Source of the DNA: Eledone cirrhosa
Taxonomy: Eukaryota
Reading direction: 5' to 3'
Length of the DNA stretch: 64,000 bases
Assembly: GCA_964016885.1 (NCBI GenBank)
Contig: OZ024740.1
Location: 22,692,001-22,756,000 of the forward strand
Each line of letters begins with the position of its first letter. Position 1 is the first letter of the stretch. Shown in pieces: positions 26,201 to 41,530 of this stretch. The translations under genes were made by a program, and so were the position numbers. The notes beneath the pieces were generated by a model. It saw nothing but the letters and a program-made list of their open reading frames with translations, searched no databases and was not told the DNA's origin.

Positions 26201-29200
26201 GTATAGACGGTCAACTGCAGTGTATAGGTGGTAGTTGTAGAGTATAGACGGTCAACTACAGTGTATAGGTGGTAGATGTAGAGAATAGACGGTCAACTGC
26301 AGTGTATAGGTGGTAGATGTAGAGTATAGACGGTCAACTACAGTGTATAGGTGGTAGATGTAGAGTATAGACGGTCAACTGAAATATATAGGTGGTAGAT
26401 GTAGAGTATAGACGGTCAACTATAGTGTATAGGTGGTAGATGTAGAGTATAGACGGTCAACTACAGTGTATAGGTGGTAGATGTAGAGTATAGACGGTCA
26501 GCTATAGTGTATATGTGGTAGATGTAGAGTATAGACTGTCAACTACAGTGTATAGGTGGTAGATGTAGTGTATAGACGGTCAACTACAGTGTATAGGTGG
26601 TAGATATAGAGTATAGACGGTCAACTGCAGTGTATAGGTGGTAGATATAGAGTTTAGACGGTCACCTGCAGTGTATAGGTGGTAGATGTAGAGTATAGGC
26701 AGTCAACTACAGTGTATAGCTGGTAGATGTAGAGTTTAGACGGTCACCTGCAGTGTATAGGTGGTAGATGTAGAGTATAGACGGTCAACTGCAGTGTATA
26801 GGTGGTAGATGTAGAGTATAGACGGTCAACTGCAGTGCATAGGTGGTAGATGTAGAGTATAGACGGTCAACTACAGTGTATAGGTGGTAGATGTAGAGTA
26901 TAGACGGTCAACTGCAGTGTATAGGTGGTAGTTGTAGAGTATAGACGGTCAACTGCAGTGAATAGTTGGTAGATGTAGTGTATAGACGGTCAATGCAGTC
27001 TATTGGTGGTAGATGTAGAGTATAGACTGTCAACTGCAATATATAGGTGATAAATGTAGTGTATAGGCAGTCAACTACAGTGTATAGGTGGTAGATGTAG
27101 AGTATAGACGGTCAACTACAGTGTATAGGTGATAGATGTAGAGTATAGACAGTCAACTACAGTGTATAGGCGGTAGATGTAGAGTTTAGACGGTGACCTG
27201 CAGTGTATAGGTGGTAGATGTAGTGTATAGACGATCAACTACAGCGTATAGGTGGAAGATGTAGCGTATAGACGGTAAATTGCAGTGTATAGGTGGTAGA
27301 TGTAGAGTATAGACGGTCACCTGCAGTGTATAGGCGGTAGATGTAGAGTATAGACGGTCACCTGCAGTGTATAGGCGGTAGATGTGGAGTATAGACGGTC
27401 AACTGCAGTGTATAGGTGGTAGATGTAGAGTATTGACGGTCAGCTGCAGTGTATAGGCGGTAGATTTAGAGTATAGACGGTCAACAACAGTGTATAGGTG
27501 GTAGATGTAGTGTATAGACGGTCAACTGCAGTGTATAGGCGGTAGATGTAGAGTATAGACGGTCAACTACAGTGTATAGGTGGTAGATGTAGAGTATAGA
27601 CGGTCAACTACAGTGTATAGGTGGTAAATGTAGAGTATAGACGGTCAACTGCAGTGTATAGGCGGTAGATGTAGAGTATAGACGGTCACCTGCAGTGTAT
27701 GGGTGGTAGATGTAGAGTATAGACGGTCTCCTGCAGTGTATAGCTGGTAGATGTAGAGTATAGACTGTCAACTACAGTGTATAGGTGGTAGATGTAGAGT
27801 ATAGACTGTCAACTACAGTGTATAGGTGGTAGATGTAGTGTATAGACGGTCAACTGCAGTGTATAGGCGGTAGATGTAGAGTATAGACGGTCAACTACAG
27901 TGTATAGTTGGTAGATGTAGAGTATAGACGGTCTCCTGAAGTGTATAGGTGGTAGATGTAGAGTATAGACGGTCAACTGCAGTGTAGAGGTGGTAGATGT
28001 AGAGTATAGACTGTCAACTACAATGTACAGGTGGTAGATGTAGAGTATAGACGGTCAACTATAGTGTATAGGTGGTAGATGTAGAGTATAGACGGTCAAC
28101 TACAGTGTATAGGTGGTAGATGTAGAGTATAGACGGTCAGCTATAGTGTATCTGTGGTAGATGTAGAGTATAGACTGTCAACTACAGTGTATATGTGGCA
28201 GATGTAGTGTATAGACGGTCAACTACAGTGTATAGGTGGTAGATGTAGAGTATAGACGGTCAACTGCAGTGTATAGGTGGTAGATGTAGAGTTTAGACGG
28301 TCACCTGCAGTGTATAGGTGGTAGATGTAGAGTATAGACGGTCAACTACAGTGTATAGGTGGTAGATGTAGAGTTTAGACGGTCACCTGCAGTGTATAGG
28401 TGGTAGATGTAGCGTATAGACAGTCAACTACAGTGTATAGCTGGTAGATGTAGAGTTTAGACGGTCACCTGCAGTGTATAGGTGGTAGATGTAGAGTATA
28501 GACGGTCAACTGCAGTGTATATGTGGTAGATGTAGAGTATAGACGGTCAACTGCAGTGCATAGGTGGTAGATGTAGAGTATAGACGGTCAACTACAGTGT
28601 ATAGGTGGTAGATGTAGAGTATAGACGGTCAACTGCAGTGTATAGGTGGTAGTTGTAGAGTATAGACGGTCAACTGCAGTGTATAGTTGGTAGATGTAAT
28701 GTATAGACGGTCAATGCAGTCTATTGGTGGTAGATGTAGAGTATAGACTGTCAACTGCAATATATAGGTGATAGATGTAGTGTATAGACAGTCAACTACA
28801 GTGTATAGGTGGTAGATGTAGAGTATAGAAGGTCAACTACAGTGTATAGGTGATAGATGTAGTGTATAGACGGTCACCTGCAGTGTATAGGTGGTAGATG
28901 TAGAGTATAGACGGTCAACTACAGTGTATAGGTGGTAGATGTAGAGTATAGACGGTCTCCTGCAGTGTATAGGTGGTAGATGTAGAGTATAGACGGTCAA
29001 CTACAGTGTATAGGTGGTAGATGTAGTGTATAGACGGTCAACTACAGTGTATAGGTGGTGGATGTAGAGTATAGACGGTCAACTACAGTGTATAGGTGGT
29101 AGATGTAGAGTATAGACGGTCACCTGCAGTGTATAGGTGGTAGATGTAGAGTATAGACGGTCAACTACAGTGTATAGGTGGTAGATGTAGATTATAGACG

Positions 29201-32200
29201 GTCTACTGCAGTGTATAGGTGGTAGATGTAGACTATAGACGGTCAACTACAGTGTATAGGTGGTAGATGTAGTGTATAGACGGTCAACTGCAGTGTATAG
29301 GTGGTAGATGTAGAGTATAGACGGTCAACTACAGTGTATAGGTGGTAGATGTAGAGTATAGACGGTCAACTCCAGTGTATAGGTGGTAGATGTAGAGTAT
29401 AGACGGTCACCTGCAGTGTATAGGTGGTAGATGTAGAGTATAGACGGTCAACTACAGTGTATAGGTGTTAGATGTAGAGTATAGACGGTCAACTACAGTG
29501 TATAGGTGGTAGATGTAGAGTATAGACGGTCACCTGCAGTGTATAGGTGGTAGATGTAGAGTATAGACGTTCAACTGCAGTGTATAGGTGGTAGATGTAG
29601 TGTATAGACGGTCAACTACAGTGTATATGTGGTAGATGTAGAATATAGACGGTCTCCTGCAGTGTATAGGTGGTAGATGTAGAGTATAGACGGTCAACTA
29701 CAGTGTATAAGTGGTAGATGTAGTGTATAGACGGTCAACTGCCGTGTATAGGTGGTAGATGTAGAGTATAGACGGTCAACTACAGTGTATAGGTGGCAGA
29801 TGTAGAGTATAGACGGTCACCTGCAGTGTATAGGTGGTAGATGTAGAGTAAAGACGGTCAACTACAGTGTATAGGTGGTAGATGTACAGTATAGACGGTC
29901 ACCTGCAGTGTATAGGTGGTAGATGTAGAGTATTGACGGTCAACTACAGTGTATAGGTGGTAGATGTAGAGTATAGACGGTCACCTGCAGTGTATAGGTG
30001 GTAGATGTAGTGTATAGACGGTCAACTACAGTGTATAGGTGGTAGATGTAGTGTATAGACGGTCAACTGCAGTGTATAGGTGGTAGATGTAGAGTATAGA
30101 CGGTCAACTACAGTGTATAGGTGGTAGATGTAGAGTATAGACGGTCACCTGCAGTGTATAGGTGGTAGATGTAGAGTTTAGACGGTCACCTGCAGTGTAT
30201 AGGTGGTAGATGTAGAGTATAGACGGTCAACTGCAGTGTATAGGTGGTAGTTGTAGAGTATAGACGGTCAACTGCAGTGTATAGTTGGTAGATGTAATGT
30301 ATAGACGGTCAATGCAGTCTATTGGTGGTAGATGTAGAGTATAGACTGTCAACTGCAATATATAGGTGATAGATGTAGTGTATAGACAGTCAACTACAGT
30401 GTATAGGTGGTAGATGTAGAGTATAGAAGGTCAACTACAGTGTATAGGTGGTAGATGTAGTGTATAGACGGTCACCTGCAGTGTATAGGTGATAGATGTA
30501 GAGTATAGAAGGTCAACTACAGTGTATAGGTGATAGATGTAGTGTATAGACGGTCACCTGCAGTGTATAGGTGGTAGATGTAGAGTATAGACGGTCAACT
30601 ACAGTGTATAGTTGGTAGATGTAGAGTATAGACGGTCAACTACAGTGTATAGGTGGTAGATGTAGTGTATAGACGGTCAACTACAGTGTATAGGTGGTGG
30701 ATGTAGAGTATAGACGGTCAACTACAGTGTATAGGTGGTAGATGTAGAGTATAGACGGTCACCTGCAGTGTATAGGTGGTAGATGTAGAGTATAGACGGT
30801 CAACTACAGTGTATAGGTGGTAGATGTAGAGTATAGACGGTCTCCTGCAGTGTATAGGTGGTAGATGTAGACTATAGACGGTCAACTACAGTGTATAGAC
30901 GGTCAACTGCAGTGTATAGGTGGTAGATGTAGAGTATAGACGGTCAACTACAGTGTATAGGTGGTAGATGTAGAGTATAGACGGTCAACTCCAGTGTATA
31001 GGTGGTAGATGTAGAGTATAGACGGTCACCTGCAGTGTATAGGTGGTAGATGTAGAGTATAGACGGTCAACTACAGTGTATAGGTGTTAGATGTAGAGTA
31101 TAGACGGTCAGCTACAGTGTATAGGTGGTAGATGTAGAGTATAGACGGTCACCTGCAGTGTATAGGTGGTAGATGTAGAGTATAGACGGTCAACTGCAGT
31201 GTATAGGTGGTAGATGTAGTGTATAGACGGTCAACTACAGTGTATAGGTGGTAGATGTAGAATATAGACGGTCTCCTGCAGTGTATAGGTGGTAGATGTA
31301 GAGTATAGACGGTCAACTACAGTGTATAGGTGGTAGATGTAGTGTATAGACGGTCAACTGCCGTGTATAGGTGGTAGACGTAGAGTATAGACGGTCAACT
31401 ACAGTGTATAGGTGGCAGATGTAGAGTATAGACGGTCACCTGCAGTGTATAGGTGGTAGATGTAGAGTATAGACGGTCAACTACAGTGTATAGGTGGTAG
31501 ATGTAGAGTATAGACGGTCACCTGCAGTGTATAGGTGGTAGATGTAGAGTATTGACGGTCAACTACAGTGTATAGGTGGTAGATGTAGAGTATAGACGGT
31601 CACCTGCAGTGTATAGGTGGTAGATGTAGAGTATTGACGGTCAACTACAGTGTATAGGTGGTAGATGTAGAGTATAGACGGTCACCTGCAGTGTATAGGT
31701 GGTAGATGTAGTGTATAGACGGTCAACTACAGTGTATAGGTGGTAGATGTAGAGTATAGACGGTCACCTGCAGTGTATAGGTGGTAGATGTAGAGTATAG
31801 ACGGTCAACTACAGTGTATAGGTGGTAGATGTAGAGTATAGACGGTCTCCTGCAGTGTATAGGTGGTAGACGTAGAGTATAGACGGTCAACTACAGTGTA
31901 TAGGTGGTAGATGTATTGTATAGACGGTCAACTGCAGTGTATAGGTGGTAGATGTAGAGTATAGACGGTCAACTACAGTTTATAGGTGATAGATGTAGAG
32001 TATAGACGGTCACCTGCAGTGTATAGGTGGTAGATGTAGAGTATAGACGGTCAACTACAGTGTATAGGTGGTAGATGTAGTGTATAGACGGTCACCTGCA
32101 GTGTATAGGTGGTAGATGTAGAGTATAGACGGTCAACTACAGTGTATAGGTGGTAGATGTAGAGTATAGACGGTCACCTGCAGTGTATAGGTGGTAGATG

Positions 32201-35200
32201 TAGAGTATAGACGGTCAACTACAGTGTATAGGTGTTAGATGTAGAGTATAGACAGTCAACTACAGTGTATAGGTGGTAGATGTAGAGTATAGACGGTCAC
32301 CTGCAGTGTATAGGTGGTAGATGTAGAGTATAGACGGTCAACTGCAGTGTATAGGTGGTACATGTAGTGTATAGACGGTCACCCGCAGTGTATAGTTGGT
32401 AGATGTAGAGTATAGACGCTCACCTGCAGTGTATAGGTGGTAGATGTAGAGTATAGACGGTCTCCTGCAGTGTATAGGTGGTAGATGTAGAGTATAGACG
32501 GTCAACTACAGTGTATAGGCGGTAGATGTAGAGTATAGAGGGTCAACTACAGTGTATAGGTGGTAGATGTGGAGTATAGACGGTCAACTACAGTCTATAG
32601 GTGGTAGATGTACTGTATAGACGGTAAATATCAGTGTATAGGCGGTAGATGTAGAGTATAGACGGTAAATTGCAGTGTATAGGTGGTAGATGTAGAGTAT
32701 AGACGGTCAACTACAGTGTATAGTTGGTAGATGTAGAGTATAGACGGTCACCTGCAGTGTATAGTTGGTAGATGTAGAGTACAGATGGTCATCTGCAGTG
32801 TATAGGTGGTAGATGTAGAGTATAGACGGTCACCTGCAGTGTATAGGTGGTAAATGTAGAGTATAGACGGTCAACTGCAGTGTATAGGTGGTAGATGTAG
32901 AGTATAGATAGTCATCTGCAGAGTATAGGTGGTAGATGTAGAGTATAGACGGTCACCTGCAGTGTATAGGTGGTAGATATAGAGTATAGACGGTCACCTG
33001 CAGTGTATAGGTGGTACATGTAGAATATAGATGGTCACCTGCAGTGTATAGGTGGTAGATGTAGTGTATAGACGGTCAACTGCAGTGTATAGGTGGTAGA
33101 TGTAGAGTATAGACGGTCAACTACAGTGTATAGGTGGTAGATGTAGAGTATAGACGGTAAATTGCAGTGTATAGGTGGTAGATGTAGTGTATAGACGGTC
33201 AACTACAGTGTATAGGTGGTAGATGTAGAGTATAGATGGTCACCTGCAGTGTATAGGTGGTAGATGTAGTGTATAGACGGTCAACTGCATTGTATAGGTG
33301 GTAGATGTAGAGTATAGACGGTCAACTACAGTGTATAGGTGGTAGATGTAGAGTATAGACGGTAAATTGCAGTGTATAGGTGGTAGATGTAGTGTATAGA
33401 CGGTCAACTACAGTGTATAGGTGGTAGATGTAGAGTATAGATGGTCACCTTCAGTGTATAGGTGGTAGATGTAGAGTATAGACGGTCAACTGCAGTGTAT
33501 AGGTGGAAGATGTAGTGTATAGACGGTTAACTACAGTGTATAGGTGGTAGATGTAGAGTATAGATGGTCACCTGCAGTGTATAGGTGGTAGATGTAGAGT
33601 ATAGACGGTCAACTGCAGTGTATAGGTGGTAGATGCAGTGTATAGACGGTCAACTACAGTGTACAGGTGGTAGATGTAGTGTATAGACGGTCAACTGCAG
33701 TGTATAGGTGGCAGATGTAGAGTATAGACGGTAAATTGCAGTGTATAGGTCGTAGATGTAGTGTATAGACGGTCAACAACAGTGTATAGGTGGTAGATGT
33801 AGTGTATAGACGGTCAACTGCAGTGTATAGGCGGTAGATGTAGAGTATAGACGGTCAACTACAGTGTATAGGTGGTAGATGTAGAGTATAGATGGTCAAC
33901 TACAGTGTATAGGTGGTAAATGTAGAGTATAGACGGTCAACTGCAGTGTATAGGCGGTAGATGTAGAGTATAGACGGTCACCTGCAGTGTATGGGTGGTA
34001 GATGTAGAGTATAGACGGTCTCCTGCAGTGTATAGCTGGTAGATGTAGAGTATAGACTGTCAACTACAGTGTATAGGTGGTAGATGTAGAGTATAGACTG
34101 TCAACTACAGTGTATAGGTGGTAGATGTAGTGTATAGACGGTCAACTACAGTGTATAGGCGGTAAATGTAGAGTATAGACGGTCAACTGCAGTGTATAGG
34201 TGGTAGATGTAGAGTATAGACGGTCTCCTGCAGTGTATAGGTGGTAGATGTAGAGTATAGACTGTCAACTACAGTGTATAGGTGGTAGATGTAGAGTATA
34301 GACTGTCAACTACAGTGTATAGGTGGTAGATGTAGTGTATAGACGGTCAACTGCAGTGTATAGGCGGTAGATGTAGAGTATAGACGGTCAACTACGGTGT
34401 ATAGTTGGTAGATGTAGAGTATAGACGGTCTCCTGAAGTGTATAGGTGGTAGATGTAGAGTATAGACGGTCAACTACAGTGTATAGGTGGTAGATGTAGA
34501 GTATAGACTGTCAACTACAATGTACAGGTGGTAGATGTAGAGTATAGACGGTCAACTGCAGTGTATAGGTGGTAGATGTAGAGTATAGATTGTCAACTAC
34601 AGTGTATAGGTGGTAGATGTAGAGCATAGACGGTAAACTGCAGTGTATAGGCGGTAGATGTAAAGTATAGATGGTCACCTGCAGTGTATAGGTGGTAGAT
34701 GTAGAGTATAGACGGTCAACTGCAGTGTATAGGTGGTAGTTGTAGAGTATAGACGGTCAACTACAGTGTATAGGTGGTAGATGTAGAGTATAGACGGTCA
34801 ACTGCAGTGTATAGGTGGTAGATGTAGAGTATAGACGGTCAACTACAGTGTATAGGTGGTAGATGTAGAGTATAGACGGTCAACTGAAATATATAGGTGG
34901 TAGATGTAGAGTATAGACGGTCAACTATAGTGTATAGGTGGTAGATGTAGAGTATAGACGGTCAACTACAGTGTATAGGTGGTAGATGTAGAGTATAGAT
35001 GGTCACCTGCAGTGTATAGGTGGTAGATGTAGAGTATAGACGGTCAACTGCAGTGTATAGGTGGTAGATGTAGTGTATAGACGGTCAACTACAGTGTATA
35101 GGTGGTAGATGTAGTGTATAGACGATCAACTACAGTGTATAGGTGGTAGATGTAGAGTATAGACGGTAAATTGCAGTGTATAGGCGGTAGATTTAGAGTA

Positions 35201-35599
35201 TAGACGGTCAACAACAGTGTATAGATGGTAGATGTAGTGTATAGACGGTCAACTGCAGTGTATAGGCGGTAGATGTGGAGTATAGACGGTCAACTACAGT
35301 GTATAGGTGGTAGATGTAGAGTATAGACGGTCAACTACAGTGTATAGGTGGTAAATGTAGAGTATAGACGGTCAACTGCAGTGTATAGGTGGTAGATGTA
35401 GAGTATAGACGGTCTCCTGCAGTGTATAGGTGGTAGATGTAGAGTATAGACTGTCAACTACAGTGTATAGGTGGTAGATGTAGAGTATAGACTGTCAACT
35501 ACAGTGTATAGGTGGTAGATGTAGTGTATAGACGGTCAACTGCAGTGTATAGGCGGTAGATGTAGAGTATAGACGGTCAACTACAGTGTATAGTTGGTA

Positions 35600-38500
35600 G
35601 ATGTAGAGTATAGACGGTCTCCTGAAGTGTATAGGTGGTAGATGTAGAGTATAGACGGTCAACTACAGTGTATAGGTGGTAGATGTAGAGTATAGACTGT
35701 CAACTACAATGTACAGGTGGTAGATGTAGAGTATAGACGGTCAACTGCAGTGTATAGGTGGTAGATGTAGAGTATAGATTGTCAACTACAGTGTATAGGT
35801 GGTAGATGTAGAGCATAGACGGTAAACTGCAGTGTATAGGCGGTAGATGTAAAGTATAGATGGTCACCTGCATTGTATAGGTGGTAGATGTAGAGTATAG
35901 ACGGTCAACTGCAGTGTATAGGTGGTAGTTGTAGAGTATAGACGGTCAACTACAGTGTATAGGTGGTAGATGTAGAGAATAGACGGTCAACTGCAGTGTA
36001 TAGGTGGTAGATGTAGAGTATAGACGGTCAACTGCAGTGTATAGGTGGTAGATGTAGAGTATAGACGGTCAACTGAAATATATAGGTGGTAGATGTAGAG
36101 TATAGACGGTCAACTATAGTGTATAGGTGGTAGATGTAGAGTATAGACGGTCAACTACAGTGTATAGGTGGTAGATGTAGAGTATAGACGGTCAGCTATA
36201 GTGTATATGTGGTAGATGTAGAGTATAGACTGTCAACTACAGTGTATAGGTGGTAGATGTAGTGTATAGACGGTCAACTACAGTGTATAGGTGGTAGATG
36301 TAGAGTATAGACGGTCAACTGCAGTGTATAGGTGGTAGATGTAGAGTTTAGACGGTCACCTGCAGTGTATAGGTGGTAGATGTAGAGTATAGGCAGTCAA
36401 CTACAGTGTATAGCTGGTAGATGTAGAGTTTAGACGGTCACCTGCAGTGTATAGGTGGTAGATGTAGAGTATAGACGGTCAACTGCAGTGTATAGGTGGT
36501 AGATGTAGAGTATAGACGGTCAACTGCAGTGCATAGGTGGTAGATGTAGAGTATAGACGGTCAACTACAGTGTATAGGTGGTAGATGTAGAGTATAGACG
36601 GTCAACTGCAGTGTATAGGTGGTAGTTGTAGAGTATAGACGGTCAACTGCAGTGAATAGTTGGTAGATGTAGTGTATAGACGGTCAATGCAGTCTATTGG
36701 TGGTAGATGTAGAGTATAGACTGTCAACTGCAATATATAGGTGATAAATGTAGTGTATAGGCAGTCAACTACAGTGTATAGGTGGTAGATGTAGAGTATA
36801 GACGGTCAACTACAGTGTATAGGTGATAGATGTAGAGTATAGACAGTCAACTACAGTGTATAGCTGGTAGATGTAGAGTTTAGACGGTCACCTGCAGTGT
36901 ATAGGTGGTAGATGTAGTGTATAGACGATCAACTACAGCGTATAGGTGGTAGATGTAGAGTATAGACGGTAAATTGCAGTGTATAGGTGGTAGATGTAGA
37001 GTATAGACGGTCACCTGCAGTGTATAGGCGGTAGATGTAGAGTATAGACGGTCACCTGCAGTGTATAGGCGGTAGATGTGGAGTATAGACGGTCAACTAC
37101 AGTGTATAGTTGGTAGATGTAGAGTATTGACGGTCAGCTGCAGTGTATAGGCGGTAGATTTAGAGTATAGACGGTCAACAACAGTGTATAGGCGGTAGAT
37201 GTAGAGTATAGACGGTCAACTACAGTGTATAGGTGGTAGATGTAGAGTATAGACGGTCAACTACAGTGTATAGGTGGTAAATGTAGAGTATAGACGGTCA
37301 ACTGCAGTGTATAGGCGGTAGATGTAGAGTATAGACGGTCACCTGCAGTGTATGGGTGGTAGATGTAGAGTATAGACGGTCTCCTGCAGTGTATAGCTGG
37401 TAGATGTAGAGTATAGACTGTCAACTACAGTGTATAGGTGGTAGATGTAGAGTATAGACTGTCAACTACAGTGTATAGGTGGTAGATGTAGTGTATAGAC
37501 GGTCAACTGCAGTGTATAGGCGGTAGATGTAGAGTATAGACGGTCAACTACAGTGTATAGTTGGTAGATGTAGAGTATAGACGGTCTCCTGAAGTGTATA
37601 GGTGGTAGATGTAGAGTATAGACGGTCAACTACAGTGTATAGGTGGTAGATGTAGAGTATAGACTGTCAACTACAATGTACAGGTGGTAGATGTAGAGTA
37701 TAGACGGTCAACTACAGTGTATAGGTGGTAGATGTAGAGTATAGACGGTCAGCTATAGTGTATCTGTGGTAGATGTAGAGTATAGACTGTCAACTACAGT
37801 GTATATGTGGCAGATGTAGTGTATAGACGGTCAACTACAGTGTATAGGTGGTAGATGTAGAGTATAGACGGTCAACTGCAGTGTATAGGTGGTAGATGTA
37901 TAGTTTAGACGGTCACCTGCAGTGTATAGGTGGTAGATGTAGAGTATAGACGGCCAACTACAGTGTATAGGTGGTAGATGTAGAGTTTAGACGGTCACCT
38001 GCAGTGTATATGTGGTAGATGTAGCGTATAGACAGTCAACTACAGTGTATAGCTGGTAGATGTAGAGTTTAGACGGTCACCTGCAGTGTATAGGTGGTAG
38101 ATGTAGAGTATAGACGGTCAACTGCAGTGTATATGTGGTAGATGTAGAGTATAGACGGTCAACTGCAGTGCATAGGTGGTAGATGTAGAGTATAGACGGT
38201 CAACTACAGTGTATAGGTGGTAGATGTAGAGTATAGACGGTCAACTGCAGTGTATAGGTGGTAGTTGTAGAGTATAGACGGTCAACTGCAGTGTATAGTT
38301 GGTAGATGTAATGTATAGACGGTCAATGCAGTCTATTGGTGGTAGATGTAGAGTATAGACTGTCAACTGCAATATATAGGTGATAGATGTAGTGTATAGA
38401 CAGTCATCTACAGTGTATAGGTGGTAGATGTAGAGTATAGAAGGTCAACTACAGTGTATAGGTGATAGATGTAGTGTATAGACGGTCACCTGCAGTGTAT

Positions 38501-41500
38501 AGGTGGTAGATGTAGAGTATAGACGGTCAACTACAGTGTATAGGTGGTAGATGTAGAGTATAGACGGTCTCCTGAAGTGTATAGGTGGTAGATGTAGAGT
38601 ATAGACGGTCAACTACAGTGTATAGGTGGTAGATGTAGAGTATAGACTGTCAACTACAATGTACAGGTGGTAGATGTAGAGTATAGACGGTCAACTGCAG
38701 TGTATACGTGGTAGATGTAGAGTATAGATTGTCAACTACAGTGTATAGGTGGTAGATGTAGAGCATAGACGGTAAACTGCAGTGTATAGGCGGTAGATGT
38801 AAAGTATAGATGGTCACCTGCATTGTATAGGTGGTAGATGTAGAGTATAGACGGTCAACTGCAGTGTATAGGTGGTAGTTGTAGAGTATAGACGGTCAAC
38901 TACAGTGTATAGGTGGTAGATGTAGAGAATAGACGGTCAACTGCAGTGTATAGGTGGTAGATGTAGAGTATAGACGGTCAACTACAGTGTATAGGTGGTA
39001 GATGTAGAGTATAGACGGTCAACTGAAATATATAGGTGGTAGATGTAGAGTATAGACGGTCAACTATAGTGTATAGGTGGTAGATGTAGAGTATAGACGG
39101 TCAACTACAGTGTATAGGTGGTAGATGTAGAGTATAGACGGTCAGCTATAGTGTATATGTGGTAGATGTAGAGTATAGACTGTCAACTACAGTGTATAGG
39201 TGGTAGATGTAGTGTATAGACGGTCAACTACAGTGTATAGGTGGTAGATGTAGAGTATAGACGGTCAACTGCAGTGTATAGGTGGTAGATGTAGAGTTTA
39301 CACGGTCACCTGCAGTGTATAGGTGGTAGATGTAGAGTATAGGCAGTCAACTACAGTGTATAGCTGGTAGATGTAGAGTTTAGACGGTCACCTGCAGTGT
39401 ATAGGTGGTAGATGTAGAGTATAGACGGTCAACTGCAGTGTATAGGTGGTAGATGTAGAGTATAGACGGTCAACTGCAGTGCATAGGTGGTAGATGTAGA
39501 GTATAGACGGTCAACTACAGTGTATAGGTGGTAGATGTAGAGTATAGACGGTCAACTTCAGTGTATAGGTGGTAGTTGTAGAGTATAGACGGTCAACTGC
39601 AGTGAATAGTTGGTAGATGTAGTGTATAGACGGTCAATGCAGTCTATTGGTGGTAGATGTAGAGTATAGACTGTCAACTGCAATATATAGGTGATAAATG
39701 TAGTGTATAGGCAGTCAACTACAGTGTATAGGTGGTAGATGTAGAGTATAGACGGTCAACTACAGTGTATAGGTGATAGATGTAGAGTATAGACAGTCAA
39801 CTACAGTGTATAGCTGGTAGATGTAGAGTTTAGACGGTCACCTGCAGTGTATAGGTGGTAGATGTAGTGTATAGACGATCAACTACAGCGTATAGGTGGT
39901 AGATGTAGAGTATAGACGGTAAATTGCAGTGTATAGGTGGTAGATGTAGAGTATAGACGGTCACCTGCAGTGTATAGGCGGTAGATGTAGAGTATAGACG
40001 GTCACCTGCAGTGTATAGGCGGTAGATGTGGAGTATAGACGGTCAACTACAGTGTATAGGTGGTAGATGTAGAGTATTGACGGTCAGCTGCAGTGTATAG
40101 GCGGTAGATTTAGAGTATAGACGGTCAACAACAGTGTATAGGCGGTAGATGTAGAGTATAGACGGTCAACTACAGTGTATAGGTGGTAGATGTAGAGTAT
40201 AGACGGTCAACTACAGTGTATAGGTGGTAAATGTAGAGTATAGACGGTCAACTGCAGTGTATAGGCGGTAGATGTAGAGTATAGACGGTCACCTGCAGTG
40301 TATGGGTGGTAGATGTAGAGTATAGACGGTCTCCTGCAGTGTATAGCTGGTAGATGTAGAGTATAGACTGTCAACTACAGTGTATAGGTGGTAGATGTAG
40401 AGTATAGACTGTCAACTACAGTGTATAGCTGGTAGATGTAGTGTATAGAGGGTCAACTGCAGTGTATAGGCGGTAGATGTAGAGTATAGACGGTCAACTA
40501 CAGTGTATAGTTGGTAGATGTAGAGTATAGACGGTCTCCTGAAGTGTATAGGTGGTAGATGTAGAGTATAGACGGTCAACTACAGTGTATAGGTGGTAGA
40601 TGTAGAGTATAGACTGTCAACTACAATGTACAGGTGGTAGATGTAGAGTATAGACGGTCAACTATAGTGTATAGGTGGTAGATGTAGAGTATAGACGGTC
40701 AACTACAGTGTATAGGTGGTAGATGTAGAGTATAGACGGTCAGCTATAGTGTATCTGTGGTAGATGTAGAGTATAGACTGTCAACTACAGTGTATATGTG
40801 GCAGATGTAGTGTATAGACGGTCAACTACAGTGTATAGGTGGTAGATGTAGAGTATAGACGGTCAACTGCAGTGTATAGGTGGTAGATGTAGAGTTTAGA
40901 CGGTCACCTGCAGTGCATAGGTGGTAGATGTAGAGTATAGACGGTCAACTACAGTGTATAGGTGGTAGATGTAGAGTTTAGACGGTCACCTGCAGTGTAT
41001 ATGTGGTAGATGTAGCGTATAGACAGTCAACTACAGTGTATAGCTGGTAGATGTAGAGTTTAGACGGTCACCTGCAGTGTATAGGTGGTAGATGTAGAGT
41101 ATAGACGGTCAACTGCAGTGTATATGTGGTAGATGTAGAGTATAGACGGTCAACTGCAGTGCATAGGTGGTAGATGTAGAGTATAGACGGTCAACTACAG
41201 TGTATAGGTGGTAGATGTAGAGTATAGACGGTCAACTGCAGTGTATAGGTGGTAGTTGTAGAGTATAGACGGTCAACTGCAGTGTATAGTTGGTAGATGT
41301 AATGTATAGACGGTCAATGCAGTCTATTGGTGGTAGATGTAGAGTATAGACTGTCAACTGCAATATATAGGTGATAGATGTAGTGTATAGACAGTCAACT
41401 ACAGTGTATAGGTGGTAGATGTAGAGTATAGAAGGTCAACTACAGTGTATAGGTGATAGATGTAGTGTATAGACGGTCACCTGCAGTGTATAGGTGGTAG

Positions 41501-41530
41501 ATGTAGAGTATAGACGGTCAACTACAGTGT
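35600..41530. repeat. Higher-order tandem duplication, period ~2950 bp (72 monomers minus two 1-bp deletions)
   Basis: CCTGAAGTGT at 35621/38571, GAAATA at 36075/39025 and CGGTCAATGC at 36681/39631 all sit at offset 2950. The second copy has one extra monomer near 40660. Boundaries are approximate. Confidence 0.85.
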